Of a stretch of DNA of 64,000 nucleotides, positions 1 to 9,608 are shown piece by piece (positions within the stretch are counted from its first letter, which is position 1; every line of letters starts with the position of its first letter). The notes below the pieces were generated by a model. That model did no database searches. It was not told where the DNA came from and worked only from the letters and a program-made list of their open reading frames with translations. A program made the position numbers and the translations under genes. Source of the stretch: Clostridia bacterium (GTDB lineage Bacteria > Bacillota > Clostridia > Christensenellales > CAG-138); contig DAIRTE010000001.1 of NCBI GenBank assembly GCA_036804025.1, positions 2,542 to 66,541 on the forward strand. Reading direction: 5' to 3'.

Positions 1-7
1 AGGAGCT

Positions 8-835
8 ATGAAAAAACGAAGCGTTCTTTCCATTGCCGTATACGTCTTTCTGGCGCTGGGTGCTCTGTTTACGCTCTCTCCGCTGATTCTGGCGCTGATC
101 AACTCCTTTAAGTCGAACGGAGAAATCCTCACCAACGTGCTTTCTCTGCCAACGGGCATCAGCGGCGAAAACTACGTGCGAAGCTTCGACAAAATGCACT
201 ATCTGCGTAGCCTGATCAACACCGTGATTCTCGCGGTGGGCAGCGTATCGCTAATCGTTCTGTTCTCCGCGCTCGCCGGATGGAAACTCTGCCGAACCAA
301 GACGAAGTTTTCGAAGTTCCTGCTCTCGCTGTTTATCTTCTCCATGTTGATTCCGTTTAACTCGATTATGATTCCGCTGTATAAGGTCGTGATGACGTTC
401 AACATCAAAAATTCGTTGATCGGGCTGTGTTTTGTGTATGCGGGGCTCGGCGTGAGCATGGCGATTTTTCTCTATCACGGGTTTGTAAAAGGGATTCCAA
501 AGGAGCTGGAGGAGGCCGCGGCTATCGACGGCTGTTCTCCGCTGCAAACCTTCTTTCGGATCGTTTTTCCAATGCTCAAGCCGGTTACGGCGACCATCTG
601 CATCACAAACGTGCTCTGGATTTGGAACGACTTTTTGCTGCCGCTGATCGTCATCTCGGACAACAAAAAGTACACGCTGCTGCTCTCGACCAATACGCTC
701 TTCGGGCAGTATAGTTCGGACTGGTCGGCGATTTTGAGCGCGCTGGTGATTGCCGCGCTGCCGGTGATCGTATTCTACGCACTGCTGCAAAAGCAGATTC
801 TGAAGGGAATTACGGATGGAGCGATGAAGGGATGA
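8..835 (+). CDS. carbohydrate ABC transporter permease (CUT1/MalG-like)
   Basis: 275-aa ORF preceded by aggag at 1-5. Polytopic hydrophobic profile with the EAA-loop signature EEAAAIDGCSPLQTFFRIVFP. Its stop overlaps the next start (ATGA at 832). Confidence 0.9.
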   Translation: MKKRSVLSIAVYVFLALGALFTLSPLILALINSFKSNGEILTNVLSLPTGISGENYVRSFDKMHYLRSLINTVILAVGSVSLIVLFSALAGWKLCRTKTKFSKFLLSLFIFSMLIPFNSIMIPLYKVVMTFNIKNSLIGLCFVYAGLGVSMAIFLYHGFVKGIPKELEEAAAIDGCSPLQTFFRIVFPMLKPVTATICITNVLWIWNDFLLPLIVISDNKKYTLLLSTNTLFGQYSSDWSAILSALVIAALPVIVFYALLQKQILKGITDGAMKG

Positions 836-2385
836 AGCATACGTTTTTACAGTGTCGCGCGGGAGAAATCTTTTGCGGGGAAACGCCGGTTCTGCTGCGC
901 GGGTTTGGCCTGAACGGCTGGCTGCTGCCGGAGGGTTATATGTGGCAAATGGAGGGGGCATACGACCGTCCCCGCCGCATCGAGCAGTTGATTGAGTCGC
1001 TCTGCGGCGCGGAATACGCCGCGTCCTTCTGGGAGACTTATGAGAAGCACTACATTATGCAGACAGACATCTCGTGGATTGCGGGCAAGGGGTTCAACTC
1101 CGTTCGTCTGCCGCTCAATGCAAGAAGGCTGTTTCGATTTGAGCACGGAAAAGCCGAGTTTGTGCCGGGCACGCTCGCGTGCGTTGACCGGTTGATCGAC
1201 TGGTGCAGGGAGTTCGGCGTCTATGTGATTCTCGATACGCACGCGGCGCCGGGCGGGCAAACCGGGCAGAACATTGACGACTGCGAGCACGATCTGCCGG
1301 AACTGTTCACGAATGAAGTCTACCAAGATCAGCTTTGTCAGGGTTGGGAGCTTTTGGCAAAACGATACGCAGATGAGCCCGTTGTCGCGGCGTATGACCT
1401 GCTCAACGAGCCACTGCCGGACTTTTTTTGCCAGTACAATGATCGGTTGCTGCCCTTGTACAGGCGCTTGATCCGGCAGATTCGGGCGATCGATCCGAAC
1501 CACATGATTATGCTGGAGGGCGCGCACTGGGCAACGGATTTCTCCGTGCTCAACGACATGTCCCGCGCGGAAGCCGCGGAGAACATTGCGCTTCAGTTTC
1601 ACCGGTATTGGAGCGCGCCGGACGAAGAGAGCCTGGATGGCTATCGTCAGGCGGCAGACCGGCTGGGCGTTCCGCTCTATCTGGGCGAGAGCGGCGAGAA
1701 TAATCTGGAGTGGTATACCGCGATGTTTCCGCTCTGCGAGCGATTGCACATTGGCTGGTCGTTCTGGAGCTATAAGAAGATGGCCTGCGAAAATTCGCCG
1801 GTCACGTTCGCCCGGCCAGCCGGGTGGGATCTGCTGATGGAGCAGATTCGAACCGGCGCGGTCATGCTGAAAGAACAGGCGCAGAAAATCTTTGATGAGT
1901 TTTTATTCTGCATAAGCACGCCGATGTACAACGACCGCGTACTCGGCGCGCTGACTCGTACGCCGCCGTTTGTTCTGCCCTGCGAAGCGTTTGACGAGAG
2001 CCGCATTGTGAGCAGGCGCATGCCCGGCGCGAAACTGCGCCCGCGTGAACAGGCAACCCTGCTGTTTCAGGATGGGCACCAGGGAGAGCCGGATTACCGG
2101 CGACTGAAGGGCGAACCGCAGCCGCCGAGCGAGAACATTGTTGTGCGCCTCTATCAGGGCGACGAGATTCGCTTTCTCGTTCGAATGGAAAACGCGCCGG
2201 CTTGCGCCCGGTTCCACGTTTCCGGCGAAGGACGGTTCGAAGTGCGCTGCAACGATGCGCCGCTGGCCTGCGAACAGGAGTCGGACGGCGCATACGCTTT
2301 CTGCATCCATAGTACGGGAGAAAGCATTCTTTCTGTGCGTTGTACGGAAAAGAACGTCGATGCGGATTACTTTGAATTCCTTTGA
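832..2385 (+). CDS. glycoside hydrolase family 5-like (clan GH-A), cytoplasmic
   Basis: 517-aa ORF with GFNSVRLPL, an acid/base-type YDLLNEPL block and a nucleophile-type YLGESGEN block. No signal peptide. Translationally coupled to the permease. Confidence 0.75.
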   Translation: MKHTFLQCRAGEIFCGETPVLLRGFGLNGWLLPEGYMWQMEGAYDRPRRIEQLIESLCGAEYAASFWETYEKHYIMQTDISWIAGKGFNSVRLPLNARRLFRFEHGKAEFVPGTLACVDRLIDWCREFGVYVILDTHAAPGGQTGQNIDDCEHDLPELFTNEVYQDQLCQGWELLAKRYADEPVVAAYDLLNEPLPDFFCQYNDRLLPLYRRLIRQIRAIDPNHMIMLEGAHWATDFSVLNDMSRAEAAENIALQFHRYWSAPDEESLDGYRQAADRLGVPLYLGESGENNLEWYTAMFPLCERLHIGWSFWSYKKMACENSPVTFARPAGWDLLMEQIRTGAVMLKEQAQKIFDEFLFCISTPMYNDRVLGALTRTPPFVLPCEAFDESRIVSRRMPGAKLRPREQATLLFQDGHQGEPDYRRLKGEPQPPSENIVVRLYQGDEIRFLVRMENAPACARFHVSGEGRFEVRCNDAPLACEQESDGAYAFCIHSTGESILSVRCTEKNVDADYFEFL

Positions 2386-2444
2386 TCCGCCATTCTCAAT
2401 CAAACAGCTTCATTCGAGACAGAGTAAAACAGATTGATTCCATC

Positions 2445-2485
2445 AAAAAAGGCACACGAGATTCTACAATCTCGTGTGTCTTTTT
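2445..2485. terminator. bidirectional rho-independent terminator between convergent genes
   Basis: Perfect 10-bp stem cacacgagat(2453-2462)/atctcgtgtg(2469-2478) with a 6-nt loop. An A-run lies upstream and tcttttt downstream. Confidence 0.75.
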
Positions 2486-2522
2486 GGATGAACGTGACGT
2501 TAGATCCGGCTCGAACGGAACC

Positions 2523-3713
2523 TTACTCCGGCCAGACCTCAATCGTCAGGTCGCCGAGCGGATAGGCGCAGCAGGGGTGGATGTACCCTGCCGCCGCGTC
2601 CGCCATGCGCCGGTGATCGAGCGCCTCCGGCAGAAATACCTCGCCGGAAATGACTCTGGAGTGGCAGAATCCGCATTCCCCGCCCCGGCAGCGGCTCGGC
2701 ACCGCGATGCCCGCGCGCTCCAGCGCGGCAAGTACCGTTTCGGATGCCGCCATGGGTATGGCCTTCGTTTCCCCGTACAGGCGAACGTTCAGTGTGAAGC
2801 TCTGGTTCGCGACGCCCGGATAGCCCGCAAGCTTCGCGGGTGAGGCGGGCGCGGGGTAGAGTTCGTGGCGGATGTACTTTCGCTCGAGACCGAGCTTTTC
2901 CAACTCACGATCCACAAACGCATACATCGCCGCAGGACCGCAGAGGAACACGCTGCAATCTTCGCCGCCGCAAGCGGCGCGGATGCGCTCCGCGGTGATA
3001 AGGCCATACTCGTAGCCTTCCTTTTGCTCGTCGCTGAGGATGTTGACGATCTTAACCTTTCCGGTTGCCTTCGCAATGTCCGCAAGCTCGCTGTGGTAGA
3101 GAATGTCGCATTCCTTGCGGCTGCCATAGAGCAGGGTGAGTTCGAAATCCTCAATTCCGTCGCGAATGGCATACGCCATCGAAAGAAACGGCGTAATGCC
3201 GCATCCGCCCGCGAGGCCGATCACGCGCTTTGAATCCCGCAGCGGCTCATAATAAAACGTTCCTTCCGGGCCGGAGGCGGTGACGACGTCGCCCACCTTC
3301 CAGTGGTCGAGAATCCATGGCGAGGCAAACCCGTCCATCTGGCGCTTGATCGTAACCGCGTACTTTCCTTCGGTTGCCCACTTGGGCGAACTGGAGATCG
3401 AGTACGGACGCGTCAGCACGGAGGAGCCGATGGTCAGGCGAAACGAGAGATACTGCCCCGCACGAAACGGCGCGAGGTGTTCACCCGTGAGCACAAACGA
3501 CTTTGCGTCCGCGCCGTGCTCAATCACCTCGGCAATCGTGAGCTTTTGCTCCTTCGGGTGCAGCAAATTTGCGAGCTTGTTTGCGCCGCGCTCAGCGCTC
3601 AGCGGCGCGGTTGACCCGCAGGCGAGCGCCTTTTGGCGCGCGGGCACCATCTTTTTAAAATAGAGCATGTCCAGTAAGCCGAGGGGCTTTACATGAAAGT
3701 TGAAGTCGTTCAT
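2523..3713 (-). CDS. ferredoxin-NAD(P)H reductase-like flavoprotein with C-terminal plant-type [2Fe-2S] domain (Hcr-like)
   Basis: FAD-binding RPYSISS, NAD-binding GLAGGCGITPF, and C-terminal CRGGECGFC...C. Start set at ATG 3713 (MNDFNF), because the longer ORF to 3881 overlaps the upstream CDS. ATGA overlap with that CDS. Confidence 0.8.
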   Translation of the reverse strand: MNDFNFHVKPLGLLDMLYFKKMVPARQKALACGSTAPLSAERGANKLANLLHPKEQKLTIAEVIEHGADAKSFVLTGEHLAPFRAGQYLSFRLTIGSSVLTRPYSISSSPKWATEGKYAVTIKRQMDGFASPWILDHWKVGDVVTASGPEGTFYYEPLRDSKRVIGLAGGCGITPFLSMAYAIRDGIEDFELTLLYGSRKECDILYHSELADIAKATGKVKIVNILSDEQKEGYEYGLITAERIRAACGGEDCSVFLCGPAAMYAFVDRELEKLGLERKYIRHELYPAPASPAKLAGYPGVANQSFTLNVRLYGETKAIPMAASETVLAALERAGIAVPSRCRGGECGFCHSRVISGEVFLPEALDHRRMADAAAGYIHPCCAYPLGDLTIEVWPE

Positions 3714-5287
3714 TCTCCCGCCTCCTTCATGTCTGCAAGGGTGAGCTTCGCGGTGAGTTCGCCGTTGAGATAGGTCGAGCTGTAGCCGTAGATGCGCGGC
3801 CCGTAGCCGCCCGCAAAGCGGATGCCGGGCACGAGCTGATCCTCCTTGAGCATCATCAGCCGCGGCAGCATCGTATCCCAATCCCCGCAGGAGTAGGCGT
3901 ACATCGCGCCTTCCGGATTGAGCGTATAGCGCGCCATGGTCGCAGGCGTCGCAATCTCGATCTCCTCAATATAGGGCGTGAGGCGCACGCCGACCTGCTG
4001 CTCGAAGTCGCGAATCATGTGCTCCGCAACCTCGCGTTTCTTCGCGACATAGTCCTCGGGGAAGACCGTTCCCCAGACGTCCGTATTGTAAAGCGTTGTA
4101 AAGCTCATGATGCAGGTACCCGGAGGCGAGCAGTCCGGATTCGCACGGTTGAGGCAGACGGTTGCCTGCATCGGGTGGTCGTTGAACCCGTCCGCGCGCG
4201 CGGCCTCCTTGACGGTATCCATCGATTCGTAGATGAAGTAGCTGTAGTCCTTGAGCCCCAGCTCGTCCGCCGTCCGGTTTAAACCGAGATATAAGACGAA
4301 CCCGCGCGCGCCGATGCGCCGCGCGTTGACCATGCGCGTCTGCCGCTCCGGCACGTCGCTTGCGTCCATCATGTCCCCGAAGACGGCGTTCGGCGAGCAG
4401 CAGGCGAGCACGTGTGCGGTCTTCACGATCCCACGCGACGTCTTTACCCCGACCACGCGACCGTTTTCCATCAGGATTTTCTCCGCGCGGGTGTTGTACC
4501 AGATGTCCCCGCCGAGTTCGCGAACGCGGGTTTCGAGCGCGGTGGAAAGCTCGTGGGAACGCATGCGCGGAATCCACGCGCCCTTGGTCAGGTATTTATA
4601 GAGCATGGCCGCAAACAGCGCAAAGTTCAGCTCCTTGGCGCTGACGCCTGTATAGCACCAGTAGGCGCAGAGAATGCGTTGCGCTTTCTTGGGCATATGG
4701 AGCGCGTTCAGCACACGGTTGACGCTGTAGCCGCCACATTTGAGGAAGTTTGCGTGCTCCTTCATGAGCACCTTGGAGTCCGCCTTGCCGCCGGAAGCGC
4801 CAATATACGCCAGCGCCGCCATAATGCTTTCGCAGAGCGAAACGAAGCGCTCCATCGACTTCCGGCTGCCGTGCACATACGCTTCCATTTGATCGACGAA
4901 TTCCGAAACGCCAAACGGCATCACGATGTTGAGGTTGTCCTTTCCCTCGGCGGTTGTGATGAGGCGGTAAGCCTCCGGCACCGGCAGGAATTCGACCTCT
5001 GCGCCCAACGTTTCGACCAGTAGACGACGGACTTCGCCGGGGTTTTCCGGCGAGCCGACGTCGCAGAGCTCGTGCAGTGACGGTTCGAATTCAAACCGCC
5101 CCCGAACGAAGCTCGTTGCAAATCCGCCGGGCAGGTTATGCTGCTCAAGCAGCAGCACGCTCTTTCCGGCTTTCGCCATGGACGCCGCGGCGGTGAGCCC
5201 GCCGTTGCCCGCGCCGATGACGACCGCGTCATACGCGTGTTCCAAGAATCCAACACCCCTTTCCAATTTGACAATGCGAGAGATCAT
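3710..5287 (-). CDS. NAD(P)/FAD-dependent oxidoreductase, phytoene-desaturase (CrtI)/amine-oxidase-like family
   Basis: 525-aa ORF with N-terminal Rossmann motif DAVVIGAGNGGLTAAASMAKAGKSVLLLEQHNLPGG. An alternative TTG start at about 5242 follows a GGAAAGGGG RBS. Confidence 0.75.
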   Translation of the reverse strand: MISRIVKLERGVGFLEHAYDAVVIGAGNGGLTAAASMAKAGKSVLLLEQHNLPGGFATSFVRGRFEFEPSLHELCDVGSPENPGEVRRLLVETLGAEVEFLPVPEAYRLITTAEGKDNLNIVMPFGVSEFVDQMEAYVHGSRKSMERFVSLCESIMAALAYIGASGGKADSKVLMKEHANFLKCGGYSVNRVLNALHMPKKAQRILCAYWCYTGVSAKELNFALFAAMLYKYLTKGAWIPRMRSHELSTALETRVRELGGDIWYNTRAEKILMENGRVVGVKTSRGIVKTAHVLACCSPNAVFGDMMDASDVPERQTRMVNARRIGARGFVLYLGLNRTADELGLKDYSYFIYESMDTVKEAARADGFNDHPMQATVCLNRANPDCSPPGTCIMSFTTLYNTDVWGTVFPEDYVAKKREVAEHMIRDFEQQVGVRLTPYIEEIEIATPATMARYTLNPEGAMYAYSCGDWDTMLPRLMMLKEDQLVPGIRFAGGYGPRIYGYSSTYLNGELTAKLTLADMKEAGE

Positions 5288-5478
5288 GCAGAACGAATCA
5301 ATCGAAATGCGGAATAAGATGAAATGATCGTGGCATGGCCACCAACCAAATCATATCTTGATTTATCAACAAATACAAGAAGATTTTGAACAAAATGCAA
5401 TTGCAAATTCAGAAGGAATCGTAGTATGATTTGACCAGTGGCCATGCCATGAACGGAAGAACGGAGCAACGAACGACG

Positions 5479-6219
5479 ATGAAGCAAAATTCGATCACAA
5501 AGTTTCAGCCGGAGAGCATTCGCGCGCAGGTTGTGCGGGAAATGGAGAACCGGATCTTCTCCGGCGAGCTGGCCATTGGCGAGCGGCTTCCGCCGGAGCG
5601 GGAGCTGGCGCTACAGCTTGGCGTGAGCCGCAGCCTTGTGAACCTCGCGATTCTGGATCTGGAAAATATGGGGTTTCTGCGCATTGTTCCGCGGCAGGGG
5701 ACGTTTGTTGCGGACTATAAAAACGAGAGCACGCCGCAAATGCTGCTTTCGCTCATGACAAGCGGTGCGGCGGATCACTCCGGCGCGGAGCTGTTCTCGA
5801 GCATGATGCAAACGCGCCGCCTGCTGGAGAGCGAATGCGCGTGCCTCGCGGCGGAGCATGCGACCGAGGAGGAGCTGGGCCGCCTTTCGTCCATTCTGGA
5901 GGAGATGCGCGCGGCGACGGAGTCCGAACGGTTCTCGGACGCGAACTTCCGCTTCCACCGGACGATGATGGCCGCCTCCGGCAACATCGTATACGCCATG
6001 ATCTTTCAGTCGTTTGGTGAGGTCGTTCGGTATTACGTTTCGCATTATTTCACCACGCCCGCGCGCATGCGGCTCTCCGTTTCCCAGCATGAGAATCTGT
6101 TTGCCGCTTTGTCCGCGCGCGACGCAGAGCGCGCCGGGGAAGCGATTGGCGTCATCATGGACGAGGGCATTCAAAAATTGACCGAGCTGTTTGGAAAAGG
6201 GCGTTCCCGCCGCGGCTGA
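5479..6219 (+). CDS. GntR-family transcriptional regulator (FadR/FCD-type C-terminal domain)
   Basis: N-terminal wHTH pattern (GERLPPERELALQLGVSRSLV) followed by a helical FCD-like C-terminus. Divergent from the flavoprotein pair. The ORF opens at 5431; ATG 5479 is preferred because acggag lies upstream. Confidence 0.85.
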   Translation: MKQNSITKFQPESIRAQVVREMENRIFSGELAIGERLPPERELALQLGVSRSLVNLAILDLENMGFLRIVPRQGTFVADYKNESTPQMLLSLMTSGAADHSGAELFSSMMQTRRLLESECACLAAEHATEEELGRLSSILEEMRAATESERFSDANFRFHRTMMAASGNIVYAMIFQSFGEVVRYYVSHYFTTPARMRLSVSQHENLFAALSARDAERAGEAIGVIMDEGIQKLTELFGKGRSRRG

Positions 6220-6293
6220 GCGCGCAGCAAACACACACTTCTTTCTTTTGGATTAGCATTTCGTATCAACTTCATAACGGGAGGGTTCGAGCC

Positions 6294-8246
6294 ATGAAAC
6301 GGAAACCAAATCTTCCGCTGATCGCGTGGATCGGCTGCCTATGCGTGATGCTGGCGGCGATGTCGCTTGCCGCCGGAATTCAGAACGATTTCGGCAACAT
6401 CGAGATCACGACCGGCACTCTGGAGGTAAATGGCGGCAGTATTACCTACAAGCTTTACCGCCCCGTTTCGGCGACGGCGGATACGCCCGCGCCCGCGGTG
6501 CTGCTGATGCACGGCTATCAGAACGACCGGGACACCTCCGCCGCCTACGCGCTGGAGCTCGCGCGGCGCGGTGTCGTCGCGCTGACCATCGACTCCTACG
6601 GCCACGGTTCCACGGACATTGACATGCTTGCGCGCGGATACACGCACCACAAACTGCCGAACTGGGACAAGACCGTCAACGGACCGGAACGCTACCTCTT
6701 GATGATGAACTTCAACACGAGTGATTTTTACACGAACCTTGCGGACGTACCGGGCGACACGCTGGGGGACACTTCCATGGGCGGGCGGGAGATGTATGCC
6801 TACCTTGGTACGCTGCCGTTTGTGGACGCGGAGAATCTCGGCGTTACAGGCCACTCCATGGGCACCTGGTCGAGCTGGAGCGTCGCTTCGAGCTTTCCGA
6901 ACCACAAGGCGATTGTGCTGCAATGCGGCGAGCTCTTCCCGAAGTCGTATTACGACAGCGAAGCGATTGACTTTCACAATGTGCTGCTGCTGCAGGCGCG
7001 TTATGACGAGTTTGTCTGCTTTCTGGACTACACCAAAGCCGTTCCGGACGAACTGGTCAACACGGAACTGCGCTACGGAGAGTTTGCAAACCAGAGCGGG
7101 CCGATCGACTGGAACACCACCTACGGCTCGTTTGCGGACGGCACCGCGCGGCGCATGGAGCTGCTCACCAACGCGAACCACCGGCTGGTGACGATCAACA
7201 AGCATGCCATCGCAACCGCAATGGACTGGTTCTTCGATTCGTTTGGTGAAACCGCGCCAATCGATTCCGGCAACCAGACCGCGCTGCTGCTGGAGACCAT
7301 GCAGTTTGTCGGCCTGCTCGCCGCGCTGGCAAGCACGCTGCCGCTGTTGCTCCTGCTGCTCAAGACGAAGTTCTTCGCGCCCTGCGCGCAGAAGATGCCG
7401 AGTCGTCCGGAAACCCTGCTGCCAAGGAAAAAGTGGTGGGGCGCGGCGCTGACGGCGATTTTGATCAGCGGGCTCTCCTATCCGTTCTTGACGCAGTTGG
7501 GGCACGGGCTCATGCCCCTGCCGGAGAGCATTTTCCGCATGACGATTGGCGACGGGGTGATCACCTGGTTTGTCTTCCTCGCGCTTGTCGCGTTCTTCAT
7601 GCTGCGGCATTGGTTCCGGCGTGGCGCGGGCAAGCGCATGGGCGAAACGCTCTACGATCTCGGCCTCGCTTCGGAAGCGGAGCCCAACCGCCTTCCATGG
7701 GGTGTGATTGGCAAGTCCGCGCTGCTCGCCGTCCTTCTTATTGGTAGCGTCTATGCGTATGCGGAGCTGTTCCAGCGGCTGTTTGCGCTGGACTTCCGGT
7801 TCGTCTGGCCGCTGCTCAAGCCCTTCACCGGGGAGCGGCTGCTGCAGTTCTTCCTCTACTTGCCGTTCTACCTCGTGTTCTTCCTGATCAACGGCGGCGC
7901 AAAGCTCTACGGGCAGCTCCGCCAGCCGGAGTGCAAGCATCCGGCGGCAACGCAGCTGGTCTGGTGGCTCAAGGGCAGCCTCGTGATGATTGGCGGCTTG
8001 CTGCTCGTTTGCCTGATCGAGTACATTCCGTTCTTTGCGGGGATCGGGCCGGGCATGGACATCCTGTTTTCGTCCACCTTTGGCGGGCCGTTCATCTCGT
8101 TTTTGATCGTGATCATTCCGCAGTTCATTCTGTTCTTCTTCCTCTCGACCTATGCGTTCCGCAAGACGGGGCGCGTGTATGTTGGCTCGGTGATGCTGGC
8201 GCTGCTGGCCACCTGGGCGGTAACCGCGGGTTCGAGCATGCTGTAA
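6294..8246 (+). CDS. membrane-anchored alpha/beta-hydrolase fused to a polytopic membrane domain
   Basis: 650 aa. N-terminal TM/signal segment, then PAVLLMHGY and the nucleophile elbow GHSMG. The C-terminal ~300 aa form multiple hydrophobic helices. Confidence 0.7.
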   Translation: MKRKPNLPLIAWIGCLCVMLAAMSLAAGIQNDFGNIEITTGTLEVNGGSITYKLYRPVSATADTPAPAVLLMHGYQNDRDTSAAYALELARRGVVALTIDSYGHGSTDIDMLARGYTHHKLPNWDKTVNGPERYLLMMNFNTSDFYTNLADVPGDTLGDTSMGGREMYAYLGTLPFVDAENLGVTGHSMGTWSSWSVASSFPNHKAIVLQCGELFPKSYYDSEAIDFHNVLLLQARYDEFVCFLDYTKAVPDELVNTELRYGEFANQSGPIDWNTTYGSFADGTARRMELLTNANHRLVTINKHAIATAMDWFFDSFGETAPIDSGNQTALLLETMQFVGLLAALASTLPLLLLLLKTKFFAPCAQKMPSRPETLLPRKKWWGAALTAILISGLSYPFLTQLGHGLMPLPESIFRMTIGDGVITWFVFLALVAFFMLRHWFRRGAGKRMGETLYDLGLASEAEPNRLPWGVIGKSALLAVLLIGSVYAYAELFQRLFALDFRFVWPLLKPFTGERLLQFFLYLPFYLVFFLINGGAKLYGQLRQPECKHPAATQLVWWLKGSLVMIGGLLLVCLIEYIPFFAGIGPGMDILFSSTFGGPFISFLIVIIPQFILFFFLSTYAFRKTGRVYVGSVMLALLATWAVTAGSSML

Positions 8247-8332
8247 CGGAACTTTGCTGATTACCTGCCGCAAGAATCTGCGCGAAAACGGCGGCAAGAA
8301 CTGACTTACTTTCGAACGTTCGGCTGAACAAC

Positions 8333-8370
8333 AAAAAAAGCCTGCGTGGTAGATACCATGCAGGCTTTTT
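8333..8370. terminator. bidirectional rho-independent terminator
   Basis: About 15-bp stem (aaaagcctgcgtggt / accatgcaggctttt, one G-U pair) with a 4-nt loop. Flanked by an A-run (8333-8339) and a T-run (8366-8370), between convergent genes. Confidence 0.8.
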
Positions 8371-8411
8371 GATGTTGTAGACGAAGAAGATTTCGATTAA
8401 GTTAAAGTTTG

Positions 8412-9353
8412 TCAGGAAACTGTCTTGAGCACCACGATGACGAAGAACGCGGCGATGGAGAGCGCCGTATACATCGAAAGATACGTGGAGAGCTTCCGCA
8501 CGTCGCGTTCCTCCGGCAGGAAAAACGGAATGATATACGACGGCGGGAGTAAAAACAGAATCACAAACGCCCAGAGCATCGCAGGCTCGATTGGCAAAAA
8601 CAGCTTGAGAACGGAGACGAGCGCAAAGCAGGCGAGCGCGAGAAAACCGGCTCGACCGAGCGTGGTGCGCGCGGTAAAGCGCCAGTCGATTCCGCGAAAG
8701 GCCAGCCCGAAACCGATTACAATCAGCATGAGCGCGGCGGTCGGCGCGGAGGCAAACTCCATGACGCTGTAGACGACCTCGCCCGCGGCGGAACGGTTGA
8801 GCAGCGCGCCGAGTCCGACGAGGCTGCCGAGCATACCCGCAAAGATGCCGATCAGGATCGGGTTTTTCGCGATGGAGAGAGCGGCGTCCTTTAGCGTCGG
8901 CTTCTTTCCGTCGGAGATCTGCAGCGCGGGCACCATGATCAGGAACACGTACAGCTCCTGCCCAAAGGCGGCGGTTGCGAAGTTCGCGATTTGGGCGTTG
9001 CCATAGAGAATGATGTAGAGCGCATACCCCAGCATGCCTGCCTCGAAGCTCGTGTAGAGAAAGCGCTCGTAGCTCTCCGCCCGGGGAAACACCTTGAGCG
9101 ACATTCTGCCGACAAAAAGCCCCAACAGACAAACGAGAAACACGCCGAGCGTGATAAACAGCATGTCCGTGCCGATGTGCACCTGCAAAAACGCGCGGAA
9201 CTGAACGATTGGCAGCATGACCTTGAGTACGATGGATTTCAGCCCGTCCACGCCGTCCTGCGTCAAGATTTTCCAGCGTCTCGAAAAATGCCCCACCAGC
9301 AGTAAAAAGAACACGGGGAGCACGGTTTTTAAGATGGCGGTCAGCTGCGTCAT
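8412..9353 (-). CDS. AEC (auxin efflux carrier) family transporter
   Basis: 313-aa polytopic protein with the typical AEC N-terminus MTQLTAILKTVLPVFFLLLVGHF. RBS aggaggg upstream. Confidence 0.8.
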   Translation of the reverse strand: MTQLTAILKTVLPVFFLLLVGHFSRRWKILTQDGVDGLKSIVLKVMLPIVQFRAFLQVHIGTDMLFITLGVFLVCLLGLFVGRMSLKVFPRAESYERFLYTSFEAGMLGYALYIILYGNAQIANFATAAFGQELYVFLIMVPALQISDGKKPTLKDAALSIAKNPILIGIFAGMLGSLVGLGALLNRSAAGEVVYSVMEFASAPTAALMLIVIGFGLAFRGIDWRFTARTTLGRAGFLALACFALVSVLKLFLPIEPAMLWAFVILFLLPPSYIIPFFLPEERDVRKLSTYLSMYTALSIAAFFVIVVLKTVS

Positions 9354-9608
9354 GAACCCTCCTGATCGATCGATCTTACCATTGAACTATTGTGGATGAT
9401 TTCTGATTATATCATAGAAGCCCCAAAACGAGATCGCTTTGGGGCGTCGGATGGGTGAATTTGCCTCGGATGTTCTTTCTTCGGGTTGTTGCAGAACTCG
9501 CGTGTTTGCTTTCTATCCAATTCTCGTGCACGATTCCGCGAAACGTTGAAGCGTAGATTTCGACTGGGCAAAATCAAACGGACGATGGTATCATTTTTAT
9601 TATGCGCG

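Noticed and set aside
3714-3881. N-terminal 56-codon extension of the reductase ORF (MGYDAAAADD...).
   Set aside because: It lies entirely inside the upstream CrtI-like CDS. The internal ATG at 3713 gives an ATGA-coupled start and a sensible N-terminus.
6339-8297. 652-aa ORF on the minus strand, antisense to the hydrolase-membrane gene.
   Set aside because: Its composition is Arg/Gln/Pro/His-rich and low-complexity, with no recognisable motif. This is the typical shadow ORF of a GC-rich gene. The plus-strand ORF has a clear GHSMG hydrolase core and TM helices.
8125-9132. 335-aa minus-strand ORF overlapping the AEC transporter gene in another frame.
   Set aside because: It is Arg-rich with no motif. 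The 8412..9353 frame gives a coherent polytopic AEC-type protein with an RBS.
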